64,000 nucleotides of DNA from Lepidodermella squamata (taxonomy: Eukaryota > Animalia > Gastrotricha), in assembly GCA_047495785.1 (NCBI GenBank), contig JBLDXI010000029.1, positions 1,178,001 to 1,242,000 on the forward strand, read 5' to 3'. Position 1 is the first letter of the stretch, and every line of letters begins with the position of its first letter. The position numbers and the translations under genes are program-made. The notes under the pieces are model-generated. The model saw only the letters and a list, made by a program, of their open reading frames with translations, did not search any database and was not told the origin of the DNA. Shown one piece after another: positions 53,430 through 63,373 of the stretch.

Positions 53430-55769
53430 ATGATTTTTTCGTTAATATTTTCGATACTCCTTGCCGCTTTGGCAATGATGTATTCGGCAGAATCTAGAAA
53501 GCCGTATCGCTTGAGAACGCTCTACCACATCCCATTGTCTCTGAACGCAGGAGACTACAGAAATTGCCGCTGGGCCTTCCAAACCGCTTACGAATTCGCG
53601 AACAACCGCTCCGATATTCTGCCCGACTATCAACTCGAATTCGAGTATCGCGACGAAGGACCGCAAAGCATGCTGGTAACTTCGACAAGTATCAACTTCA
53701 TGCGGTCGATGTTGGACACGGCAGAGCCTGGGCTGTACCCAGCCCCAGTCACAATCGGCGTCTCGCAAACCCCGGGCTGCAAGAGTTGGGGAAGTGTTGC
53801 GTCCCATATGAACATGATTCTGATAACTTCAGCTTGCCTCTCACCCAGTCAGGCTGCCAGAAGAGATCTATATCCTAACCTATGGCGTATAAGAGCTTCG
53901 TCGCAGCTAACGATAATGGCTCGACTAAGCTTCATCAAACAATTCACCCCTTGGAAGAAAACAGCTGTTGTATTCCCGGTCTCTGGGAGCTCTTTCGGAT
54001 GGGAGGCAGCTAGCTTTACTCTAGCAGTGAATAACCAATTCGGCCTAGGGGTTCAGACGATTGAGGCGAGTTCCGACTTCAACGATGATTTCATGCAGCT
54101 GTTCATCAAAAAGGACATCAGAATAATTTCATTTGAAAATATCGACCCTATCATTTCAATTGCTTTCCTGTGCCAGGCCCACAAAAACGGGTTACGGGGA
54201 GATAAGTATCTGTTCCTGACATTTGTCAATGCTTTCGTAGATCCTAACGTAGTTCCAAACAATCTGTACCCGAAGAATTGTAACATTTCGATTTACAAGG
54301 AGCAAATCGAGAGAGTGTTGTACTTTGGTGCCATTTCTCAACTCCCTATAGGCAATGATGGGATTAGCAAGGACTATCTAGGAAACACCATGGCTGAGTT
54401 TGAAACTTACCTCAAGTCGAACTATCCAGTCGACATGAAAATGGCTGATTATCCACAGCGATACTCGTGCTACGATGCCGCTCTGCATTCTATCGTCACG
54501 CTGGCGGATGCAGAGAAGCTTTTAAACAGTCGGAACTCGACACTCAGGAACTTTAAGGAAGATCCGCGAAATGTGATGCTCGCTGTTAATCAAAGTATTG
54601 GAAACATAAGGTTTAGGAATCAGCAGCACGGCTTCTTTCATTACTCAGAGCGAATGGAGATGGACTATGAAGCTCAGTTGGTCGCAACCTGGTCGCAGCA
54701 GACCGGTCTTCGGGCGAGGAATGCCATATCTTTGGATGGCAATTCTACCACAAGTAACGACACTTCGTTGTTCAAAATACGAGTGATAACGCCTTTCGCA
54801 CCAAATTTTCTACCTAAAGACGCTGCTTTCGAAGAGTTAGTCGATGCAGGAGTTCCGGTTTCAGCTTTTGGCTTCTTGACAACAACAGCCTGTCTGATCT
54901 TAGCCTGCCAAATCAGCGGTATTGCCCACATCCTGTCACGTGATAAGACGAATCTCTCTAGAAAAATTGATGACTTTCTAGTAATGCTGAGCTTTGTGCT
55001 CCTGGCAGGATGTTCCATACTTCTCACATTCCCGACCAGGATGCGAAACACAGCTGTTTGTGAGGCAAGCATATTCCTCGTAGCTTTGGGCCTGTCGATT
55101 CTCTACAGCTATTTGGTATGCCGTTTGAAGTCTGCTTCCATAGTCTTGCGGCAAGATGTGTCCCGCAAACGTCGCGCCCCCGATCCCGCAAAGGAAGAGA
55201 TTTTATTCAGAATCAGAGTACTCCTTTTCGTGCTTCTGAATTTTGCCATTGTCGTGTCTTGGTTAGCGTCCGATCCTTACCGCGCGGCGATTGCGAAACC
55301 GGAAAATTACAGGTCCTACATTGCTGATATTGACACTTATGTTGAAGAGTATTCCATCTCCTGCTCGTCAAATTTCTCAGGCCAATGGTCGGCATCTCTG
55401 CTAGCATTAAATCTTGTCCTTCTTGGTCTAGGTGTGATTAGCGCTTTGACACTCAAGGGAAATAGATACCTGCCGTATTTTCCGTTCGTGAAGCGTTTGG
55501 CTGTGGCTATTGCTTTCTCTTCAACACTATTTCTTGCCCTGACTGCTGTAGTCTTTATGCTGGATACGGCTAGTGAACAAAACATTGCAGTCGCCGTGGG
55601 ACTGCAGATTCAGACGAGTTTAGTCGCTATTTTGCTGTACGTCAAAGTTGGGAACGGAGCAGATGCCGCAGGCGATGTAACGCCACGACTACCGTCGACG
55701 CCAATGCTGATGAGCAAATTCGACGCAGGGAGTCGAAAGCCTGCCCATATCAAAGTTTATGTCCCGTGA
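53430..55769 (+). CDS. Intronless class C GPCR (GABA-B-like), copy D; closest to copy C
   Basis: Signal peptide, ANNRSDILPDYQLEF, RRDLYPNLWRI, KDIRII, FLCQAHKNGLRGDKYLF, CYDAA, WLASDP...ISCSS, seven TM segments. Confidence 0.9.
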   Translation: MIFSLIFSILLAALAMMYSAESRKPYRLRTLYHIPLSLNAGDYRNCRWAFQTAYEFANNRSDILPDYQLEFEYRDEGPQSMLVTSTSINFMRSMLDTAEPGLYPAPVTIGVSQTPGCKSWGSVASHMNMILITSACLSPSQAARRDLYPNLWRIRASSQLTIMARLSFIKQFTPWKKTAVVFPVSGSSFGWEAASFTLAVNNQFGLGVQTIEASSDFNDDFMQLFIKKDIRIISFENIDPIISIAFLCQAHKNGLRGDKYLFLTFVNAFVDPNVVPNNLYPKNCNISIYKEQIERVLYFGAISQLPIGNDGISKDYLGNTMAEFETYLKSNYPVDMKMADYPQRYSCYDAALHSIVTLADAEKLLNSRNSTLRNFKEDPRNVMLAVNQSIGNIRFRNQQHGFFHYSERMEMDYEAQLVATWSQQTGLRARNAISLDGNSTTSNDTSLFKIRVITPFAPNFLPKDAAFEELVDAGVPVSAFGFLTTTACLILACQISGIAHILSRDKTNLSRKIDDFLVMLSFVLLAGCSILLTFPTRMRNTAVCEASIFLVALGLSILYSYLVCRLKSASIVLRQDVSRKRRAPDPAKEEILFRIRVLLFVLLNFAIVVSWLASDPYRAAIAKPENYRSYIADIDTYVEEYSISCSSNFSGQWSASLLALNLVLLGLGVISALTLKGNRYLPYFPFVKRLAVAIAFSSTLFLALTAVVFMLDTASEQNIAVAVGLQIQTSLVAILLYVKVGNGADAAGDVTPRLPSTPMLMSKFDAGSRKPAHIKVYVP

Positions 55770-55979
55770 AAGAAATAACACCGGTACGTATACGAAAATT
55801 AATGTCGAAGCGGCAAAACATGATTGATTCTTCTCGAGAAACAAGTAGTGGAAAAGGTGAAATGTAGAGCCACTAAATTTGAACTACTATGTTTGAAATT
55901 TGGCTCATGCGCTGATTGGCCAGTCGTTCCTTCATGACTGCAGCGTGAAATAGTCCGTACAGTCCACTAATAAATAATA

Positions 55980-57843
55980 TGTTGTACGCCTATAGAGGAT
56001 CTAAGCTTAAGCCTATACGGGATAAGCGATATTTTAAACTGTCATAGCGGCCAAACCATGAGGGTGACTATCGATCATCATATATCAATCGATTGCTGTA
56101 ATTAAGGGCTATCGACTGATGCCGAATTCCACGCGGCACACTCAGGGTCAAGTTTTGGCCAAAAAACGCAAATTTTCCGCATTTTTTTAACTTTGAAGGC
56201 AAAAATCATATTTCCAAAAGTTTCGCGCGGAATTCGATTTGGCACCAATCGATAGCCCTTAATTACAGCAATCGATTGATATATGATGATCGATAGTCAC
56301 CCTCACGGTTTGGCCATTATTTTGGTTAAATACAATGCTCATACCCTAAAGGCTTAAATACCCTTTTTTTTTATTTACGAAGAATTTTCGGTCAGTTTTC
56401 GGATGTTAAAAAACTAGGCCTAGGTCGTTCACAGATTTTTTGAATAAATGAGGATCAATAATGTCTGGAAGCACGGTCTTGGGCAGGTCATTCCAGCGCT
56501 GGATGATGGTCGCCATGCGCGTGAAGGGGGCAGTGTCCTTTGTTGAGCTCTTCGCTGCCAGCCGGATCTGGTGGTGGTGTAGGTTTTCCCATCTTCTCGA
56601 TTTGGTTCTGATGGTTTGTTTGTTGATCTTGACGAATTTCGACCGGACTTGAGCAACGCCGAGTTCCTCGACCTGCGACCACAATCTTGTAAATGTAGGT
56701 CATGACACCGACGAATCGGCGTTGCGAAAGGGGCTGAAGCTGAACCCTAGTTGCTTTCACGAATCTATCTTGTACCTGGTCGAGCATTTCCAGCAGTTTC
56801 GGGTTCGCCGCGAAAGTGTACGCTACCATGCCGAATTCTAAGATTGGCCAAACGTAAGTTTTGAAGGCGTTCGCCATCTGTCCTAACGATAGGAACGGTC
56901 GACGTCGCAGTAGCTGGGTCACGGCTGTTGTTGCCTGTCCAACTTTTTTTCTGATGCATTCTTCCTTCTTCCATCGTTAGGTTCTTGTCAAGAAGCAGGC
57001 CTAGGAGGGTCGTCGAGGCCGATTTGTCTTCTTCTTCAGCTTTGATTTCATCGCCGCCATTCTTTCTCTTTCTGCCGCAGTGCCGTCTTGGGTTCACGAA
57101 AATCGTGTCGATCCGCTTGTTGGGATCCATCGATACCCGATGCGCCTTGGCCCATGCAGTTGCCCTAGTTTCGCCGATTTCTACTTCTGCTTTTGAAGCG
57201 CTGCCAAGATTGAAATCATCGGCAAAGGTGTACGTCTGCGCTGGTTGTGATCCAGCGATTCGCCGAGGGATCATGGACACAGCCCGGCTGATACCCGAGT
57301 AGAAGACGAGCCACAAGGATGGGCCCAGCACGCTCCCCTGACACACTCCTGCTTCTTCAGGTCGAACGCTCGAGGCTGCTCCGGCCACGAGTACTCTGAA
57401 AAATCTTTGTGAGAGAAAGGATTGAATGAGTTTATGGACTCGCCCTTGGATTCCTGCCTTCCAGAGGATGTCAAGCAGAAGTTGGCGATCCACTCGGTCG
57501 AATGCTCCGCTCGCATCCGTGTGTCTCAACACAAAGTCTTTTCTCCCGTTGTTCGCTGAGATCGCATCGATAACGACTGACAGTTGAGTGTCGGTGCAGC
57601 TGCAGCCTGATAGAAAAGCTGCTTGTTCCGGCGGTATCACTCCATTTGCAGTAGCTGTCTTCACGATGGCCTCTGCTACTATGCGCTCATAGACTTTACC
57701 GATGTGTTCGCCCATACCTACGGGTCTGTAATTTGCTTTATCGGACTTGCTCTTTTTCTTGTGGATGGGGCAAACATGTACGATTTTGAAAGTGTTCGGC
57801 CACGCTCCTTCTTTCAGCATTTTCTCCCTATAGGCGTACAACA
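55980..57843. mobile_element. Ginger-type MITE copy 2 (opposite orientation), interrupted by a LINE fragment
   Basis: TGTTGTACGCCTATAG ... CTATAGGCGTACAACA, TSD AATA on both sides. 55980-56363 is homologous to 32775-33192. Confidence 0.85.
56364..57825 (-). mobile_element. 5'-truncated non-LTR retrotransposon (RT fragment, two frameshifts) with poly(A) tail
   Basis: PIHKKKSKSDKANYRPV, DASGAFDRVD, GVCQGSVLGPSLW, FADD, KTYVWPILEFG, WNDLP. Ends in AATAAA merging into an A-run at 56372-56364. Confidence 0.9.
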
Positions 57844-58489
57844 AATATATTATAAATTAATTATGCTTAACGGCAAAAAGCCGGAGGAGCTATGAACTTG
57901 CGGTTTTCACCGGTAGATAGATAGCCCGTGAAATTCTGCTCTAGTTACGGTTGTTTTGTTGTGCCAAGACACGTTCAGACTGCCGCAACAAAAATTTCGT
58001 TTCAATCATGTCAAACTTATGTGTTCGCCGCTTCAACGTTTTTAAAAACTACATCCATATCAATGATGATTCCAAATTAGACTAATCATTAATTTTCTCA
58101 GTGAGGCCCCTGACTGGCTGATTTGCATTCGCATGAAGCATACACTAGCGGAAACGAATAAATAAATAAAATATGCGCAAGGCTTGCCTCTGGAATATAC
58201 AATTAGGTAACTGGGAGTTGGCTAGGATAACTCTCTGTGACAAGCGATTTTTCGTTTTGAATTGCACGTGCCTTTTCTCTCTTTTTCTACTAAACTTTTC
58301 TCATAAATTTTAACACCCCTCTAGAATAACATACTGGCTCGGCGCCAACATTTTATTTTACGTTTATATCGGTTCTTAATTAAAAGACTAATTTCTTTCC
58401 ACCTCTTTCATGCCAAGAGGAGCTTGGCACTCCCCTACTGAATTTATTATCACCCCACTGTTTCATTTATTACAATTTTATTTGATTTT

Positions 58490-60178
58490 ATGGGCCATCA
58501 CGGCGGTCGCGGAGGCTACAATAACCAGGCTTCTAGTCGACAACAAGATGTTAAGAAACCTGCTGGCCAAAGACAAGTAGACATCAAAACGGCCATGCAG
58601 AACACAGGCCGCAATGTGGCGAAAACTGCAGAAAAGCGGAAAGCCACAAGCTCAGACACCACAGCAAATGGCAGTCTAGACAGCGAGACAGAGCAGCAAA
58701 TTGCTAGCAACTCGTCGCCATCCACAAGTAGCCCACCGGTCAAAACTAGCACGGCTGAGGATCGAACTCCTTACAGGACTCAGGGTCAACCCAAAAAGCC
58801 GACTGTCACAGATAATCAACCACAAACAGAAGCACCGGCCATCGAGCCGACCTCGCGTCAGGCTAAGAAAGATAACCTTGACGTTAAAACTCGAGAAAAA
58901 CTGACCGTCGCAATCGACGGCTTCGATCCCGAAAAGTACGATAACGCCGCAATCAGCGCCGAACTCGGTGACAAAATGCCAGGTCTAAAGGTGAAATACG
59001 TCTTTGACTACCCTAATGGTGGCGCCCGGGTGATCTGCTGCTCCACTGAAGATGCTGAAAGGCTTCTCAATAACCTACCGGCATCAGCATTCGACGGCAA
59101 CGCCGTAGCCAATCGCTCGTCTAAATACTATGAGCTTTTCCCGGAGGAAATTGCTAACAAGAAGGCTCCACCTGGTCGCCATCAAACGGCCCAGGAAATT
59201 GCGACGAAGGAGTTACGGGCGGTCAAGATCAAGAACGCCCCAAGCTACATGACTGCTGACAAGCTCAAGCAATACTGGAGTAATGTCGAAAATGTTTACC
59301 CACTGAAAAGGAATAACAGAAGCTTCGCGCAGTTTATATGTCTAATGAAAACAAAGGCCGATGCTGAAAGGCTGGTGAATGGCGAAGGCCAAATCGGAGT
59401 CTTCGCTATCGAGGCAACACTGCTCAAGCCGGCACCCGACACAGGAGGACGTTGCAGCAAGTGCCAATCCCATCAACACCACTTCCGCCAATGCAAAAGT
59501 AAAACCTTTGTCTGCAGTCATTGCGCTGGCGCGCACAAATACATCGATTGCACGGTAAAGAATGACGAGACGAAGCGTCACTGCGCCAATTGCGATAAAA
59601 AAGGGCACGGAGCTGGAAGCCGCGGCTGCCCCACGTTGCTACGAAAACAGCAGGAGATTCGCGCTTCCGAACACCGAGCTGTGGAAGAAATTTTAAATAC
59701 TCCGAAACAGCCCGTATACACTGCAGCTCCGCCTCCGGACAAGAGCGCCTGGCCGGCTATACCCGGCCTAGAGACCGGGGAACCACCTCAACCCCAACCC
59801 AGGCATCCCCCGCAACAACAGCAATCTGTCTCTTTGGAGAACCTGATCGACAGGCTGCTCAACTCCGAGGCTTTCCAAATCAGGTTGGCTAACATCGTTG
59901 CTGACGCAATTAGCAAGGCGATGGTAAATCATTTCAGCCTATTCTCGCGAGGCTCACACGTGCACCCCCCTATCGCGCAAGGAGCAACTGCCGGCCAACT
60001 GCCGGTAACAGGTGCCTCGGTGGCCAGAGGAAGCGGCGCCCGGGGCTCTAGCACCGCTTCGGCATCAGACGATGACGACTGGGGGACTGCAGCGACTGGT
60101 GACAACGCCTGGGGCGAAAGTTCTGGCTCGACCGCATCAACATCAGCGTCATTTCTCGTCCAAACAAACCAAAAGTAA
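58490..60178 (+). CDS. LINE ORF1 (gag-like nucleic-acid-binding protein, three CCHC knuckles)
   Basis: CSKCQSHQHHFRQC, CSHCAGAHKYIDC, CANCDKKGHGAGSRGC. Confidence 0.9.
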   Translation: MGHHGGRGGYNNQASSRQQDVKKPAGQRQVDIKTAMQNTGRNVAKTAEKRKATSSDTTANGSLDSETEQQIASNSSPSTSSPPVKTSTAEDRTPYRTQGQPKKPTVTDNQPQTEAPAIEPTSRQAKKDNLDVKTREKLTVAIDGFDPEKYDNAAISAELGDKMPGLKVKYVFDYPNGGARVICCSTEDAERLLNNLPASAFDGNAVANRSSKYYELFPEEIANKKAPPGRHQTAQEIATKELRAVKIKNAPSYMTADKLKQYWSNVENVYPLKRNNRSFAQFICLMKTKADAERLVNGEGQIGVFAIEATLLKPAPDTGGRCSKCQSHQHHFRQCKSKTFVCSHCAGAHKYIDCTVKNDETKRHCANCDKKGHGAGSRGCPTLLRKQQEIRASEHRAVEEILNTPKQPVYTAAPPPDKSAWPAIPGLETGEPPQPQPRHPPQQQQSVSLENLIDRLLNSEAFQIRLANIVADAISKAMVNHFSLFSRGSHVHPPIAQGATAGQLPVTGASVARGSGARGSSTASASDDDDWGTAATGDNAWGESSGSTASTSASFLVQTNQK

Positions 60179-60257
60179 CTTTTAACTTAACCTTTTTCAT
60201 CTACTAGGCTTCGCATCTCAAGTACTTAAATCTAAGCTATCTAAAGAAATCAGAAGG

Positions 60258-63197
60258 ATGCTCATTATAGTGCAATGGAACTGCCGCAGCTGTAAGCGCA
60301 AGAGACGTGAGCTCATTCTCTTAGCAAAAGAACTAAAAGCTGATATTATATTCTTAAACGAAACTCATTTAGACCGAAGTTATACCTTCAAAATTCGCGG
60401 ATACACTATGTTTAGACTTGACTGCTCGAAAGATGAAATTAATAAAACTGATGAAAATAGTCATGGCGGTGTCGCCATTTTAGTCAAAAACAATATCCGC
60501 GTCCTGGGCGAGATGTATTCTTATTTTACTGAAGCTAGTGAATGGCTCGCCTTGCGAGTACTCGACAAATCTGGCAAAGAGATCATTTTAGCTACTGGCT
60601 ACCGCTCACCAAGCGAGGAGCTCGACACAACATTTTTGGAGAGCACTTTAGGTGGATTGTTATACAATAACGACAACACACCAGCGATTTTCGGAGGTGA
60701 CCTAAACGCCTGGCACACTCGTCTTCTAACCGGCGGCAAAGGCAACAACGCCGCGGGCACCGCTCTGGCATGCTGGCTCGAAGCAGAAGGCCACCATCTA
60801 CTTAGCAACGGTGAGCCTACCCATTTCTCGCCGAACAAGGTGGGACGCCTAATCGACATTTGGCTGGCAAACTCTGAGGGACGCGCGCTCATGAACGCGA
60901 ATCAAACTGTTCATGCGAAGTACGGCAGCGACCATGCGGCTATCAGGATCGAACTAAATGTTACTAGCACACCAAATCGCCCGAAGTCGGACTCTAACGA
61001 AGAACGGTATAAATTCAACCACGCAAATTGGTCTAAATTTCGGAAAAGGCTGACCTATTGGCTTCGCGAGCTTGCTGAACCGGTGATCCCGAAACCAGGT
61101 GACACGCCAAGTGCTGTCGATATTTACCTAGAAGCTATCGTCGAATCGATAAAAAAGGCGGCATCGGAGTCAATACCGCGAGCTAAGGCGAGCGAGATCC
61201 TAACATGGACGCTGACAAAGCCGATTGCGACACCTCTTCAAAAGCGAAATAAGCTGCAAAAGCTGCATGACTCGACCAACAGTGCGTACGTTAAAACTGC
61301 GCTGAATGCGATTACTAAGGAGATCGCTAATCTAATTGGCGAAGAAAACAGAAAAGACTGCATCCGCTGTCTCAAAGCTATGGCGGAAAACTTCAATAAC
61401 AACAACTCACGACCCGCCTGGGCAGCAGCCTCGAAACTTCTGAGGAGGAAACAGCGGAAACGCAGCGTCGTCAGCCTGAAGACGGGGAACGGCATAGCGG
61501 TGACGGGGAGCAAGGCGAAAGCCGACCTGCTCGCAAAAACGTTCGCTAAAGTTGTAGCTGCGCCAGCGACAACCTCGAATGCCACTGCCGACCGTGAATT
61601 TTGGCAGAAAGTCGACGAAGAGATTGATGAAAACCCGGCCACCAAGCCGGTTACGGTACCCGATAAGTTTCGAGTCCGACTTCCGAAATCTTCCCTGAAA
61701 CGTCTGCTTAAAAAACTGAAGAATTTTAAAGCACCAGGTCACGACGAAGTGTCTAACGTGCTGTTGAAAAACGGCGGCCCAAGCTTGAACTCTCACCTCA
61801 AACGACTGTTCGAACTTAGCCTGAACTGCGGGTACTTGCCCAGGGCATGGAAAATCGCAATAGTCGTCCCCGTCTACAAAGAGGGGAAAGACCCTGAGCT
61901 GGCTGAGTCCTACAGACCGGTCGCCCTTCTTCCTGCTATCGGAAAATGTCTCGAGTCGCTCGTGACGGAAGTTTTATTTGATTATCTCACCAGCAATGGC
62001 CTTCTTCCTGAACATCAGTTCGGTTTCTGGCGCGGAAAATGTGCCACTGACCCCAGTTTTAGGCTCGTCAATGACGTAGCTATCGCCCTGGCCCGGCACT
62101 GGAAACTCATCGCAGTAGCTCTCGACTTTAAGAGCGCGTTTGACGTTGTGTGGCACAACGGACTTCTGTATAAATTAATAGAAGCTGGTGTGCCTGAGCC
62201 CATCGTCAGATGGGTGGCTGACTTTCTGCGCGGCCGCTGCTTCAAGCTGAAAGTGGAAGGTGAACTCAGTGACGAACACGAAATTCACTGCGGTGTACCT
62301 CAAGGGTCACCTCTGAGTCCCTTGTTGTTTATCTTTTTTACTGCCGATATGCAGCCTACAAAGGCTGAACCCGACGACGGTAAGCGTCGAGTTGCAAACG
62401 GCACCTATGCAGATGATGCCCTCAACTGGGCGTACGGCAAATCGCTTTTAGACTGCTCGCGTCGACTGCAGCTTCAGCTGGACAACACTGTCAAATGGTG
62501 CGCCCGCTGGCGCCTAATACTGCACCCGGAAAAATGCGAAACAATGATTTTTGGTTTTTATAATTCCTTACCCTCGATTCAACTTAGGTTAGGCCCGCGA
62601 AAAATCAAACAGGTTCAGCAACTGAAGTACCTCGGTCTTCACCTCAACCCGCGACTCAGCTGGGACACCCAGTTGTCGGCAATTTCATCCAAAACCAGGC
62701 CGAGAGCCGGCATGTTACGCGGTATTATGGCTCGAAAAGTCTTGCCAACCAAGCTCGGCATTATGTTTCACAATGCGCTATCCCAAAGCATCATGACATA
62801 CAGCTCACCAGCATGGGCTTGCTTACCTAGGTCGTCTCGAAACCGCTTATTCGAGATGCAAGCCAATAGCCTTCGTGCGGCACTAGACTTACCATACGAC
62901 GCGGACTCGTTCGGAGTACTTTACCTGTCGGGTGTCAAGTCTATCGAAGACGTCTTCCACGACCGGCTCGTGAGCTACGGCGAAAGATGTCTCCGTTCAG
63001 GTGGTGTGATGGCTGAATACCTAAAATACGTCTGGCAATTGAGCTTTGACGACTTCGGCCGGAACATCATGCAACAGCATTCGCCGGCTTGGAACATTCG
63101 CCACTTAGCCGACTCAAACATCACATCTTGCGAAACTAGCCCGCGCGGCTGGTTAGAATTTACGAACGACGAGGTTGGCGATATCACCCTAACTTAA
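60258..63197 (+). CDS. LINE ORF2 (AP endonuclease plus reverse transcriptase)
   Basis: QWNCRS, LNETHL, GGVAIL, GDLNA, SDH (APE); KAPGHD, SYRPVALL, DFKSAFDVVWH, GVPQGSPLSP, YADD, KYLG (RT). Confidence 0.95.
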   Translation: MLIIVQWNCRSCKRKRRELILLAKELKADIIFLNETHLDRSYTFKIRGYTMFRLDCSKDEINKTDENSHGGVAILVKNNIRVLGEMYSYFTEASEWLALRVLDKSGKEIILATGYRSPSEELDTTFLESTLGGLLYNNDNTPAIFGGDLNAWHTRLLTGGKGNNAAGTALACWLEAEGHHLLSNGEPTHFSPNKVGRLIDIWLANSEGRALMNANQTVHAKYGSDHAAIRIELNVTSTPNRPKSDSNEERYKFNHANWSKFRKRLTYWLRELAEPVIPKPGDTPSAVDIYLEAIVESIKKAASESIPRAKASEILTWTLTKPIATPLQKRNKLQKLHDSTNSAYVKTALNAITKEIANLIGEENRKDCIRCLKAMAENFNNNNSRPAWAAASKLLRRKQRKRSVVSLKTGNGIAVTGSKAKADLLAKTFAKVVAAPATTSNATADREFWQKVDEEIDENPATKPVTVPDKFRVRLPKSSLKRLLKKLKNFKAPGHDEVSNVLLKNGGPSLNSHLKRLFELSLNCGYLPRAWKIAIVVPVYKEGKDPELAESYRPVALLPAIGKCLESLVTEVLFDYLTSNGLLPEHQFGFWRGKCATDPSFRLVNDVAIALARHWKLIAVALDFKSAFDVVWHNGLLYKLIEAGVPEPIVRWVADFLRGRCFKLKVEGELSDEHEIHCGVPQGSPLSPLLFIFFTADMQPTKAEPDDGKRRVANGTYADDALNWAYGKSLLDCSRRLQLQLDNTVKWCARWRLILHPEKCETMIFGFYNSLPSIQLRLGPRKIKQVQQLKYLGLHLNPRLSWDTQLSAISSKTRPRAGMLRGIMARKVLPTKLGIMFHNALSQSIMTYSSPAWACLPRSSRNRLFEMQANSLRAALDLPYDADSFGVLYLSGVKSIEDVFHDRLVSYGERCLRSGGVMAEYLKYVWQLSFDDFGRNIMQQHSPAWNIRHLADSNITSCETSPRGWLEFTNDEVGDITLT

Positions 63198-63314
63198 TCT
63201 GTTTTTTTCATTTGTACACAGGGGAGCAAAGCAACAACCGTAAGCCCTTTTTTACATGACGTGCGTGTCTGTCTCTTTTCCAGGCCTAGGAAAACCTTCG
63301 GAATTCTTGGAGTC

Positions 63315-63373
63315 TGAGCCTTGAGAGCCTTGAGCCTTTGAGCCTTGTGAACCTTGTGGGATTGTTGACCTTG
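63315..63373 (+). repeat. Degenerate (TGAGCCTT)n tandem repeat downstream of LINE ORF2
   Basis: tgagccttgagagccttgagcctttgagccttgtgaaccttg...tgaccttg. Confidence 0.8.

Noticed and set aside
57826-57844. Start of the 359-aa RT ORF inside the MITE TIR, as a fusion gene
   Set aside because: It is a TTG start called by the ORF finder, and the RT is truncated and frameshifted downstream.
57950-58172. Possible further LINE 3' end with (TAAA)n tail
   Set aside because: Only the short tail is suggestive; no convincing protein motif.
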